The notes beneath the pieces are model-generated. The model searched no databases. It saw only the letters and a program-made list of their open reading frames with translations, and was not told where the DNA came from. From Nitrospirota bacterium (GTDB lineage Bacteria > Nitrospirota > Nitrospiria > Nitrospirales > Nitrospiraceae): a stretch of 64,000 nt of DNA. Below are positions 20,216-29,259 of this stretch, in pieces (within the stretch, counting starts at the first letter, position 1; each line of letters opens with the position of its first letter). The DNA is taken from contig CAVPBK010000005.1 in assembly GCA_963701855.1 (NCBI GenBank), positions 96,001 to 160,000 of the forward strand, written 5' to 3'. The translations under genes were made by a program, and so were the position numbers.

Positions 20216-20910
20216 ATATGCGTGATCCTCCTGTTTGGAACCTCACGGTGCTCCGTTGCTTCGTATAGCGAAGCGGCCTCACCGCATAGTTGCGTATCTA
20301 GCCACATGTCCTATCAAGTACAATCACCATGATGCCACTAACGCAGGGCAAGATTCTAGCCCCCCTCGCAAGGGAAGAGAAAATCTAAAAATGTGTTTCT
20401 GCTGGGCTGGGCCGAGCTCTGGCTATCCGAGTATGGAGCAGGCCTGATTGAGAGGATGTCTCGCATGGCGACAGCTTTCCCACGGGTGTTGGTGAGCAAC
20501 GGTTTCTGCTGTTGCAGATGCGGTTGGACTGGTTGCTTGGGGGGATCTGTCCTGGTTCATTCTCGGTGTGACGTGCTAGAAGAGAGTACACCGAATTGTG
20601 TTCTGGGACCCCCGAGTTCGAGCAGCGAGCTCGGAGATGCGTTCATGCCATATTAACTCCAAACCATCTTTGACTTGCCAGTGTCAGATGGGCGACAATT
20701 ATTACTGACGTGAGTGCATTCTCTTTCATGAGGCCTCCAATTGCCATATAGCGACATCAATCTTGTGGATGGGTTTGCGTTTCAGCGACAGCTGGATCTC
20801 TGTATGCGACGTCAGGCAGGGTCGAGAAAGTACTCACGAGCAGCACGACCCATGAAGATCCGATGCTGTGGCAATTTTGTTTCTTCGGCCCCAGTAGGAT
20901 TTCCCTGAAT

Positions 20911-21531
20911 ATGTTCCAAACCGTCGCACTGAGCGGCAGTCGCGGAGAACGACAGCTGTTCTCCGGCGTCAGCGTGACGGTCAAGCCAGGAACGCTATTG
21001 GCTGTGACCGGTGAAAACGGCAGTGGGAAGACCAGCTTTCTCCGCATGCTGTGCGGTCTGTTATCTCCTGATGGAGGTACGATCCTTTGGCAGGGGAAAG
21101 ACATCCGCCAACTTAAGGAACTCTATAGCGCCCAGCTTACCTATGTAGGGCATCTCAATGGAATTAAGGACGAACTAACCCCGGTCGAAAACCTCAAAGT
21201 CTCAGCTTCCCTGGCCGGCGATAAAAATTCCGGCGCAGTCGTGCAACAGGCATTGGAGGCCGTCGGTCTTGAACCGCGAGTTCATCGTCTGTCGACGAGG
21301 GTGCTGTCGCAAGGACAAAAACGCCGCGTGGCATTGGCTCGTCTCTGGCTTTCCACACGTCCGTTATGGCTCTTGGATGAGCCGTTCGCTTCACTCGATA
21401 CTGCAGCCACCAATTACTTAACCCAACGCTTGCAAGCGCATCTGAGTCATGGCGGCATGGTGGTCGTCGCTACGCACCAGGATATCGCTCTCCCAAGTGA
21501 TTCCATCCAGCACCTGAGGCTGACTCGATGA
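20911..21531 (+). CDS. ccmA: Heme ABC exporter ATPase
   Basis: GENGSGKT, LSQGQKRRVALARL, WLLDEPF. Confidence 0.95.
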   Translation: MFQTVALSGSRGERQLFSGVSVTVKPGTLLAVTGENGSGKTSFLRMLCGLLSPDGGTILWQGKDIRQLKELYSAQLTYVGHLNGIKDELTPVENLKVSASLAGDKNSGAVVQQALEAVGLEPRVHRLSTRVLSQGQKRRVALARLWLSTRPLWLLDEPFASLDTAATNYLTQRLQAHLSHGGMVVVATHQDIALPSDSIQHLRLTR

Positions 21532-22211
21532 GTCAGCCCAGCATGAGTGCGGCGTTGCGCGGAGTTGTCCGGCGGGATTTTCTGCTGGCCATGCGGCACC
21601 GTTCGGATGTGGCGATGTCGGTTTTCTTCGTCGTCATCGTCGCTAGCCTCTTCCCTTTGGGAGTTGGGCCGGAGCAGGCGGTTTTGAGGGTGATCGCCTC
21701 CGGTGTGCTCTGGGTCACGGCCCTGCTTGCGTGCCTGTTGTCACTGGGGCGTCTGTTTACCGCTGATTATCTCGATGGGGTGCTGGAACAGACGCTTTTG
21801 GTACCTCAGCCTCTGGCTGTCCTGGTCGTTGGCAAGGTATTCGCGCATTGGGTAATCTCCGGTTTGCCAGTCGTTCTGCTCTCGCCTCTCCTCGGTTTGC
21901 AGTTCGGCCTGAGTGGAGACTCGCTGGTGGTGTTGACGTTATCGCTCTTGCTTGGTACGCCGACGTTGAGTATGATTGGAGCCATCGGTGCTGCGCTGAC
22001 TCTTGGATTGCGGGGGAGCGGTTTACTCGTTGCCCTCCTAGTGCTTCCTCTCTTTATTCCGGTACTGATCTTTGGGGCTGGCGCCGTTACGAATAGTTTG
22101 GCCGGAATCGGCAGCGAAGCGAATCTGTCGTTACTTGGAGCCTGTTTCATGCTGTCACTCGTTTTTGCGCCCTGGGCCACGGCTGTTGCATTACGCATTG
22201 CGTTGGAATAA
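21528..22211 (+). CDS. ccmB: Heme exporter permease B
   Basis: LFPLGVGPE, LF..DYLDG.LEQ, LVLPL.IPVLIFG. Confidence 0.96.
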   Translation: MSQPSMSAALRGVVRRDFLLAMRHRSDVAMSVFFVVIVASLFPLGVGPEQAVLRVIASGVLWVTALLACLLSLGRLFTADYLDGVLEQTLLVPQPLAVLVVGKVFAHWVISGLPVVLLSPLLGLQFGLSGDSLVVLTLSLLLGTPTLSMIGAIGAALTLGLRGSGLLVALLVLPLFIPVLIFGAGAVTNSLAGIGSEANLSLLGACFMLSLVFAPWATAVALRIALE

Positions 22212-22223
22212 GACAATTACGAG

Positions 22224-22985
22224 ATGAGCGCCACCGGCATTAACTGGTTCAAGTATTCCTCGCCGCAGGCCTTTCACCCTTTGGCCGGGCGGCTGATTCC
22301 GTGGTTCGCCGCGGCGGCGCTTGGATTGAGCGGTGTCGGCCTATACATGGGGTTTTTCGTGGCACCGACCGACGCGACACAAGGTGATGCGTATCGCATT
22401 ATCTTCGTCCATGTGCCGGCCGCCTGGATGTCCATGTTCCTCTACGTCATGATGGCCGTGTGGGCCGGGATCGGACTGGGATTGAATGCACGCCCGTCGT
22501 TCATGATGGCGCAAGCCATCGCCCCCACCGGGGCGATGTTTACGTTTTTGGCGCTGCTCACCGGGTCGATGTGGGGAAAACCGACCTGGGGGGCCTGGTG
22601 GGTGTGGGATGCCCGGCTGACGTCGGAACTGATTCTGCTGTTTCAATATATTGGGATCATCTTGCTTCGGTCGTCGATTGATGATCTACGCCGTGCTGAT
22701 CGCGCGAGTGCCGTGTTGGCACTGGTAGGAGTGGTCAATGTCCCAATCATCTATTTTTCTGTGCGCTGGTGGAACACGTTGCACCAGGGGGCGTCTGTCA
22801 GCATCACCGCGGCGCCGAGCATGGCCGGGAGCATGGTGACGGCCATGCTCGTGATGACGCTCGCGTTTTGGATGTACAGCTTCGTTGTGACGCTAGCCCG
22901 CATGCGGTGCGTGATTGTCGAGCGGGAGCGACAACCTTCGTGGGGCAAGCCGGCCGCGATCCCAGACGTTGCGGAGGCGCGCTGA
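22224..22985 (+). CDS. ccmC: Heme exporter protein C
   Basis: HVPAAW, WGKPTWGAWWVWDARLT (WWD motif), WWNTLHQ. Confidence 0.97.
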   Translation: MSATGINWFKYSSPQAFHPLAGRLIPWFAAAALGLSGVGLYMGFFVAPTDATQGDAYRIIFVHVPAAWMSMFLYVMMAVWAGIGLGLNARPSFMMAQAIAPTGAMFTFLALLTGSMWGKPTWGAWWVWDARLTSELILLFQYIGIILLRSSIDDLRRADRASAVLALVGVVNVPIIYFSVRWWNTLHQGASVSITAAPSMAGSMVTAMLVMTLAFWMYSFVVTLARMRCVIVERERQPSWGKPAAIPDVAEAR

Positions 22986-23140
22986 TGCAGTGGGGAAGTC
23001 TGGCAGAGTTTGTCGCGATGGGCGGGTACGGTCTCTACGTGTGGGTCTCATTCGGGGCCACGGCCCTGTGTATGGGGGGAGAAGTCCTCGCGGTGTGGCG
23101 GCGGTCTGTCGCCGCAGCGGCGAGTCGTGACGAGTTGTAG
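22985..23140 (+). CDS. ccmD: Heme exporter protein D
   Basis: MQWGSLAEFVAMGGYGLYVWVSFG..., 51 aa, located between ccmC and ccmE. Confidence 0.9.
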   Translation: MQWGSLAEFVAMGGYGLYVWVSFGATALCMGGEVLAVWRRSVAAAASRDEL

Positions 23141-23155
23141 GAGGAAACTGAGACG

Positions 23156-23623
23156 ATGACACCTCGACGGAAACGGTTTGTTCTCATCGGGCTGGGACTG
23201 ATTGCCTTGGCCGTGGCGTCGGCCCTCGTGTTGAATGCGTTCCAAAGCAACCTGGTATTCTTCTATACGCCAACGCAGGCGGCCAATGGGGACGTGCCCC
23301 AGGGGCGCAGCTTCCGTATCGGCGGGATGGTTGAAGCCGGCAGCCTCACCCGCGAAGGCGATGGCCTCACTGTGCATTTTGTTGTGACCGATATGGCGAA
23401 GCGTGTGCCTGTGACGTTCAAAGGGATACTCCCAGATCTCTTCAAGGAAGGGAAGGGAGTAGTAGCCCAGGGTCAACTCGGTGCTAATGGGGCATTTCTG
23501 GCAAGTGAAGTGCTAGCGAAGCATGATGAAAACTATATGCCACCAGAAGCCGCGGATGCGCTCGCCAAGGCCAAGACCGTAGGGGTGCAGAGCAGCGGCA
23601 CCTTGGTCGTCAATCCACGGTAG
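23156..23623 (+). CDS. ccmE: Heme chaperone CcmE
   Basis: [20 protein letters not shown]. Confidence 0.97.
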   Translation: MTPRRKRFVLIGLGLIALAVASALVLNAFQSNLVFFYTPTQAANGDVPQGRSFRIGGMVEAGSLTREGDGLTVHFVVTDMAKRVPVTFKGILPDLFKEGKGVVAQGQLGANGAFLASEVLAKHDENYMPPEAADALAKAKTVGVQSSGTLVVNPR

Positions 23624-23632
23624 GGAGCCTAC

Positions 23633-25627
23633 ATGATTCCAGAAATTGGTCATTATGCCTTAATTCTCGCGCTCTGCGTGGCGGTGGTGCAGGGGAGCCT
23701 GCCCATCTATGGTGCCGCAGTGGGAAACGCGTCGCTGATGGCTGTCGCGAAGCCAGCGGCGCGCGGGCAATTCCTCCTTGTTCTACTGGCTTTTTGTTGC
23801 CTGGGGTATGCTTTTGCGGAGAAAGACTTCTCCGTACTCTACGTCGCGGCCACGTCAAACTCGCAACTCCCGCTGCATTATCGCCTTGCAGCCATCTGGG
23901 GTGCGCACGAGGGCTCGTTGCTTCTCTGGATGTTCATCCTTAGCATTTGGATGGTCGCCGTCTCATTCTTCTCCACTCATCTGCCCGATGCGATGCGTGC
24001 ACGCATCTTGGGCGTCATGGGCCTCGTCAGTGTGGGATTTCTTTTATTCATGTTGACCGTCTCCAATCCGTTTGAGCGGTTGATTCCGGCGGCTCTCGAT
24101 GGGCGCGACTTGAATCCGCTGCTGCAGGACCCAGGTATGGTAATCCACCCGCCGATGCTTTACATGGGGTACGTGGGGTTCTCCGTGGCGTTTTCTTTTG
24201 CGATCGCCGCGCTCTTGGGGGGCACGCTGGACGCGGCTTGGGCGCGCTGGTCTCGCCCCTGGACCACAGTCGCCTGGTGTTTTATGACCGTGGGGGTTGC
24301 GATGGGCAGCGGCTGGGCCTATTACGAGCTGGGCTGGGGTGGTTGGTGGTTCTGGGATCCGGTTGAAAATGCTTCCTTCATGCCCTGGCTGGCCGGCACT
24401 GCGTTAATGCACTCGCTGGCGGTTACCGATAAACGGGGCGGGTTCAAAGCCTGGAGTGTGTTGCTCGCCATTATGGCGTTCTCGCTCAGTTTGCTCGGAA
24501 CCTTCTTAGTCCGCTCCGGCGTGTTGACTTCAGTGCATGCGTTTGCCACCGACCCTAAGCGTGGCTTATTCATTCTCGTATTCCTGGCCGTGGTGATCGG
24601 CGGCTCGTTAGTCTTGTACGCGTGGCGGGCGCCCCGCGTGGGTTTAGGCGGGAGCTTTGCTCTGATCTCGCGTGAAGGAATGTTGCTGGCGAACAATGTG
24701 TTGTTGGTTGCGGCTTTGGGATCGGTGCTTTTGGGCACGTTGTATCCCTTGTTCTTGGACGCGCTGGATCTCGGAAAAATCTCGGTCGGTCCGCCGTATT
24801 TCGACACCGTCTTTCTTCCTCTGATGACCCCCGCCATCTTTTTGATGGGGGTCGGGCCGCTGGCTCAATGGAAGCAGACGAGCCTGCCGGCGTTGGCCAT
24901 CCGCCTGCGCTGGGCCTTCGGCGTCAGTCTGGCGACCGCTGTGGTGGTGCCGTGGCTCATGGGCCAATGGACGCCGCTGATCAGTCTAGGGCTGTTGCTG
25001 GCCTTCTGGATTCTGGCGACGATCCTGGTGGATTTGCGGGAGCGGCTGCTCCAGGCCGAGGGCGGCGGCAGCATTGGAGGCCGTGTGGCCACGCTGCCCC
25101 GTGCATATTGGGGCATGGTCCTGGCCCACTGTGGTGTGGCCCTGTTCATCGTTGGTGTGACTATGGTGAAGGGCTTCGAAGTGGAGCAGGATGTTCGGAT
25201 GAACGTCGGTGAGACGGCCATGCTTGGCGGCTACACGTTCCGTTTTGACGGGACGCAACAGGTAAATGGCCCGAACTATGTCGCGGCGCGGGGAACGTTT
25301 CATGTGAGCCAGGATGGCCGAGAGGTGACGGTGATGTATCCCGAAAAGCGACGGTACTTCGTGCAGAACCAGACGATGACCGAAGCGGCGATTGCACCGG
25401 GGTTATTGCGCGATCTGTACGTGTCATTGGGCGAGCCGATCGAGGGCGGAGCCTGGAGCGTGCGGCTCTATCACAAGCCCTTTATAGATTGGATCTGGGG
25501 AGGCTGTTTGGTCATGGCTTTGGGTGGCGTTCTGGCCGTCAGTGATCGGCGCTATCGGCTGGCGTGGCGGCGAAAAGAGGCCGCGGTACCGGCTGCGACG
25601 CAGATGGCGCGCACGACCGTCTCATGA
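23633..25627 (+). CDS. ccmF: Cytochrome c heme lyase CcmF
   Basis: LNPLLQDPGMVIHPPMLY, WAYYELGWGGWWFWDPVENASFMPW, RSGVLTSVHAFA. Confidence 0.98.
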   Translation: MIPEIGHYALILALCVAVVQGSLPIYGAAVGNASLMAVAKPAARGQFLLVLLAFCCLGYAFAEKDFSVLYVAATSNSQLPLHYRLAAIWGAHEGSLLLWMFILSIWMVAVSFFSTHLPDAMRARILGVMGLVSVGFLLFMLTVSNPFERLIPAALDGRDLNPLLQDPGMVIHPPMLYMGYVGFSVAFSFAIAALLGGTLDAAWARWSRPWTTVAWCFMTVGVAMGSGWAYYELGWGGWWFWDPVENASFMPWLAGTALMHSLAVTDKRGGFKAWSVLLAIMAFSLSLLGTFLVRSGVLTSVHAFATDPKRGLFILVFLAVVIGGSLVLYAWRAPRVGLGGSFALISREGMLLANNVLLVAALGSVLLGTLYPLFLDALDLGKISVGPPYFDTVFLPLMTPAIFLMGVGPLAQWKQTSLPALAIRLRWAFGVSLATAVVVPWLMGQWTPLISLGLLLAFWILATILVDLRERLLQAEGGGSIGGRVATLPRAYWGMVLAHCGVALFIVGVTMVKGFEVEQDVRMNVGETAMLGGYTFRFDGTQQVNGPNYVAARGTFHVSQDGREVTVMYPEKRRYFVQNQTMTEAAIAPGLLRDLYVSLGEPIEGGAWSVRLYHKPFIDWIWGGCLVMALGGVLAVSDRRYRLAWRRKEAAVPAATQMARTTVS

Positions 25628-26151
25628 ACCGATTTCTCATCCCGTTTGGGCTCTTCGTCGTCGTGGTTGGTTTTCTTGCTGTCGGACTGACGCTCAACCC
25701 GCGTGAATTGCCGTCTCCTTTAGTCGGGAAGGCGGCTCCTGAATTTTCGCTGCCGCAGCTCCACGATCAAGAGAAAACGATTTCGTCAAACGATCTCAAG
25801 GGCAAGGTCTGGCTGCTCAATTTCTGGGCGTCCTGGTGCGGGGGCTGCAAGGACGAGCACCCGGTACTCATCCACCTTGCACAATCCGGAGTGGTGCCTA
25901 TCTATGGCATGGACTATAAGGATCATCGGAGCGAAGCGCTGGCGTGGTTGAAGGAGTGGGGCAATCCCTATTCGGTCGTCGCGGTGGATGAGCCGGGGCG
26001 CGTCGGCATTAATTATGGAGTCTACGGGGTGCCGGAAACCTACGTGATCGATAAAGCCGGCGTCATCCGCTACAAGCAGATCGGCCCGCTTCGCGAGGAC
26101 ATCTTGGAGAAAAAGATTTTGCCTCTAGTCAGGGAGTTGCAAAACCAGTGA
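25624..26151 (+). CDS. ccmG: Thiol:disulfide interchange protein CcmG/DsbE
   Basis: LNFWASWCGGC..EHP, GVYGVPETY; ATG overlaps the ccmF stop. Confidence 0.95.
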   Translation: MNRFLIPFGLFVVVVGFLAVGLTLNPRELPSPLVGKAAPEFSLPQLHDQEKTISSNDLKGKVWLLNFWASWCGGCKDEHPVLIHLAQSGVVPIYGMDYKDHRSEALAWLKEWGNPYSVVAVDEPGRVGINYGVYGVPETYVIDKAGVIRYKQIGPLREDILEKKILPLVRELQNQ

Positions 26152-26609
26152 GCTGGCTGTGGTTGCTCATGCTGCTACTCCCAAGTTTCGCGACGGCGTA
26201 TGAGGCTCAGCCGCTCGCTGTGAACCCGCAGGCGGAGGCGCGATTGAAAGCTCTTGCCGTCGAGCTGCGCTGTCTGGTCTGTCAGAACCAAACCTTGGCC
26301 GACTCAAACGCGCCCCTGGCTGAAGACTTGCGCAGAGAAGTGCGTGAGATGATCGCAAAAGATATGAGCGACAAGGAGATTATCGATTTTCTCGTCACTC
26401 GATACGGAGATTTTGTCTTATACCGACCGCCCTGGAAGCTCACGACTACGTTGCTCTGGCTGGGGCCGTTTCTCTTATTGGGAGTTGGCGCAACGGGATT
26501 AGTGTTTGCGCTACGCAGGAGACAGAAAAAGGTTACCGACGTGACATTGTCTGAAGCTGAGCATAACCGTGTCGCAAAACTGCTTTCCGAAGGAGTTCAT
26601 CGCCCTTGA
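26148..26609 (+). CDS. ccmH: Cytochrome c biogenesis protein CcmH
   Basis: LRCLVCQNQ.LADSNA.LA.DLR, RYGDFVLYRPP. Confidence 0.96.
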   Translation: MSWLWLLMLLLPSFATAYEAQPLAVNPQAEARLKALAVELRCLVCQNQTLADSNAPLAEDLRREVREMIAKDMSDKEIIDFLVTRYGDFVLYRPPWKLTTTLLWLGPFLLLGVGATGLVFALRRRQKKVTDVTLSEAEHNRVAKLLSEGVHRP

Positions 26610-28270
26610 CCATCATATTCTGGCTGATCGCATCGAGCATGACCCTTCTCATCCTCGGTCTCCTGCTGTGGCCACTGCTGAAACGCACAGTCGCCGTAAC
26701 GGGAGAGCAGGAAAAGACGTTGTCTATTTTCCGGCAGCAGTTTGCAGAATTGGGGCAAGATCGCGCCAACGGTGTGCTCACCGACGAATTGTATGAGCAG
26801 GCGCGACGTGAGCTTGAACGCCGTTTGCTGGAGGAAACAGGCACCACAGAGACGACGCCAAAAATGGCACGTCGACAGGTGAGTAGCAGGCCTGTGGCTC
26901 TTGCTCTTGCCATCATCGTTCCGACTGCCAGCGGGTTGCTCTACTGGCAACTTGGAAATCCCCTCGCCATGACGGAGCCAACCGCGGCTTCTTTGTCTGC
27001 GCAAGGGGGGCCAGAAGGTGCGAGTCCATTTTCTGACGGACTTGGCCCACTGATCGAGCGACTCAAGCAGAAAATGCAGCAGAATCCGAATGATGGCGAG
27101 GGATGGGCATTGCTCGCACGTTCGTACATGGGAATGGGGCGTTACGCCGAAGCCGCACTGGCATATGAGAATGCCACAAAACTAATTCCTGATGATGCCC
27201 AGTTACTCGCCGATTATGCCGATGCCATGGGAGTCCTCCATGGCCGTAAGTTGGAGGGAAAGCCTGAGGTCTTGATTCAACAGGCGCTGAAGATCGATCC
27301 ACGCAATGTGAAGGCACTGATGCTGGCAGGGACTGTGGCGTTCAACCGAAAAAACTTTGCTCGTGCAGCGAAGGACTGGGAGCAAGCTCGTGCCAACCTT
27401 CCTGCGGACGTAGATCCGGAGATGACACAGCAACTGACAGCCGCTATCGAAGAGGCCCGAAGCCAACTCGGTGGTGGCCAAAGCATGATGTCTGGGCTTA
27501 CGGAACCTGCGGCGCCAGCTCAGCCAGCCGGGCAGCCGCGCGTAATCAAGGGCACGGTGGCGATGGCGCCAAGCTTGGCTGGCAAGGGATCACCGACGGA
27601 TACATTGTTTGTGTTTGCACGCGAAATGAATGGACCACCCATGCCGGTGTCGATCGTGCGGGCGTCGAGAAAAGATTTGCCCTTCACGTTTCAGCTTGAT
27701 GACTCAACCAGCCCGATGCCCTCCAGAAAACTTTCCAGCGCAGGCCCTGTAGTGATTGTCGCTCGTCTCTCGAAGTCTGGCCAGGCCATGCCTCAGAGTG
27801 GAGATCTAGAGGGGACGAGTCAGCCGATACAATCAGGGGGGGAGGGGATCGCAGTTGTCATCGATCATGAGAGAATGGATAAAGAATCGGCAGCGCCGGC
27901 TCCGCTAGCCAGCCAGACGGGACAACCGCGTGCGATCAGAGGTACGGTGACTGTGGCGCCGAGCTTAGCCGGCAAAGCATCCGCGACAGACACATTGTTT
28001 GTCTTTGCCCGCGAGATGAATGGGCCACCGATGCCGGTGGCGATCGTGCGGGCGTCGAGAAAAGATTTGCCCTTCACGTTTCAGCTTGATGACTCAACCA
28101 GCCCGATGCCCTCCAGAAAACTTTCCAGCGCAGGCCCTGTAGTGATTGTCGCTCGTCTCTCGAAGTCTGGCCAGGCCATGCCTCAGAGTGGAGATCTAGA
28201 GGGGACGAGTCAGCCAATACAATCAGGGGTTGATGGGATCACCGTCGTCATCGATCGTGAAAGACCGTAA
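26606..28270 (+). CDS. ccmI: CcmI/CycH with TPR region and a duplicated C-terminal periplasmic domain
   Basis: Two N-terminal TMs, TPR region (GWALLARSY), two copies of DTLFVFARE..GPPMPV...ARLSKSGQAMPQSGDLEG. Confidence 0.93.
   Translation: MTIIFWLIASSMTLLILGLLLWPLLKRTVAVTGEQEKTLSIFRQQFAELGQDRANGVLTDELYEQARRELERRLLEETGTTETTPKMARRQVSSRPVALALAIIVPTASGLLYWQLGNPLAMTEPTAASLSAQGGPEGASPFSDGLGPLIERLKQKMQQNPNDGEGWALLARSYMGMGRYAEAALAYENATKLIPDDAQLLADYADAMGVLHGRKLEGKPEVLIQQALKIDPRNVKALMLAGTVAFNRKNFARAAKDWEQARANLPADVDPEMTQQLTAAIEEARSQLGGGQSMMSGLTEPAAPAQPAGQPRVIKGTVAMAPSLAGKGSPTDTLFVFAREMNGPPMPVSIVRASRKDLPFTFQLDDSTSPMPSRKLSSAGPVVIVARLSKSGQAMPQSGDLEGTSQPIQSGGEGIAVVIDHERMDKESAAPAPLASQTGQPRAIRGTVTVAPSLAGKASATDTLFVFAREMNGPPMPVAIVRASRKDLPFTFQLDDSTSPMPSRKLSSAGPVVIVARLSKSGQAMPQSGDLEGTSQPIQSGVDGITVVIDRERP
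27651..28229 (+). repeat. Near-identical 189-bp direct repeat inside ccmI (27651-27839 and 28041-28229; period 390 bp)
   Basis: Direct comparison shows one mismatch (CAGCCGATAC vs CAGCCAATAC). Confidence 0.9.
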
Positions 28271-28503
28271 CGCCGAGAAGTCCACGGGCTGCTCTCTTCC
28301 ATTGCCTCGCATGCTGCACTCCTGCCGCTGATCCGTCACGTATCGTTAGGGCGCTCTGTTTATTGCAGTAAACCGCCAGATTTATTGCACAAGCCCACTT
28401 GACATATTCCGATGTATGCTGAGATATATATGTGCGCTGTTCGCTAATCGATAAGTTTGCTCAGGAGCGTAGTGATGTGTTTTTACAAACGGGGAGTACG
28501 CAC

Positions 28504-28959
28504 ATGGTCAACAAGTTTTGGCTGAGGTGTAGTCTGCTGGTCTGCGGCGTGCTGCTTATTTCAATGGGAACTGGATATGCGGAACCGGCAGCGCCGGCCA
28601 AATCGTCAGGACAGTCGCTTGCGATCAGCGGCAAGGTCAGTATTGCGCCGAGCCTTGCCGGCAAGGGGTCCGCAACGGACACGTTATTTGTGTTTGCCCG
28701 TGAGACGAATGGCCCACCGATGCCGGTGGCGATCATGCGGGCGACGAAGAAAGACTTGCCCTTTACGTTTCGGCTCGATGACTCGAACAGCATGATGCCG
28801 TCCAGAACACTCTCCGACGTCGCAATGGTGGTGATTGTGGCTCGTCTGTCGAAGTCCGGCCAGGCTATGCCGCAAAGTGGAGACTTAGAGGGGATGAGTC
28901 AACCAGTGAAGCCTGGAGTAGATGGGGTCACCGTCGTCATCGATCGCGAAAGACCGTAG
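28504..28959 (+). CDS. Stand-alone exported CcmI C-terminal-domain protein with a HaoA-like signal peptide
   Basis: MVNKFWLRCSLLVCG.. followed by a third copy of the CcmI C-terminal domain ending VVIDRERP; RBS GGGGAG. Confidence 0.85.
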   Translation: MVNKFWLRCSLLVCGVLLISMGTGYAEPAAPAKSSGQSLAISGKVSIAPSLAGKGSATDTLFVFARETNGPPMPVAIMRATKKDLPFTFRLDDSNSMMPSRTLSDVAMVVIVARLSKSGQAMPQSGDLEGMSQPVKPGVDGVTVVIDRERP

Positions 28960-29037
28960 TCTCAAGAATCAAGGGAGCTCTCCCTCATTACTACTATAAC
29001 GCGTGATAGTTTGCCTCTGACCATACACGAATACTAA

Positions 29038-29053
29038 TGGCACTAGACTTGCT
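29038..29053 (+). promoter_or_regulatory. Candidate sigma54 promoter of haoAB-cycAB
   Basis: TGGCAC-TAGAC-TTGCT, exact -24/-12 consensus, about 210 bp upstream of haoA. Confidence 0.7.
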
Positions 29054-29100
29054 CGGTTCAGAATATATGAGACTTTTTTATACCAAACGCACTTAATATA

Positions 29101-29129
29101 TTGACATCGAATATATGCTGCGATATATA
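29101..29129 (+). promoter_or_regulatory. Candidate sigma70 promoter of haoA
   Basis: TTGACA-17 nt-TATATA. Confidence 0.55.
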
Positions 29130-29259
29130 TGCGCGGCACGCTAATTAATGACCGCTAATATCAACAATAGTAGATGCGAATACCGTCACATACACACGTA
29201 CGATCATTAGAGTGGCTTGATTTATAAATAGGGCAATTATCATCTGTGGGAGGGTTAAG

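Noticed and set aside
20216..20910. Short ORFs in the divergent amoE-ccmA intergenic region
   Set aside because: No recognisable motifs or RBS; probably regulatory or decayed DNA
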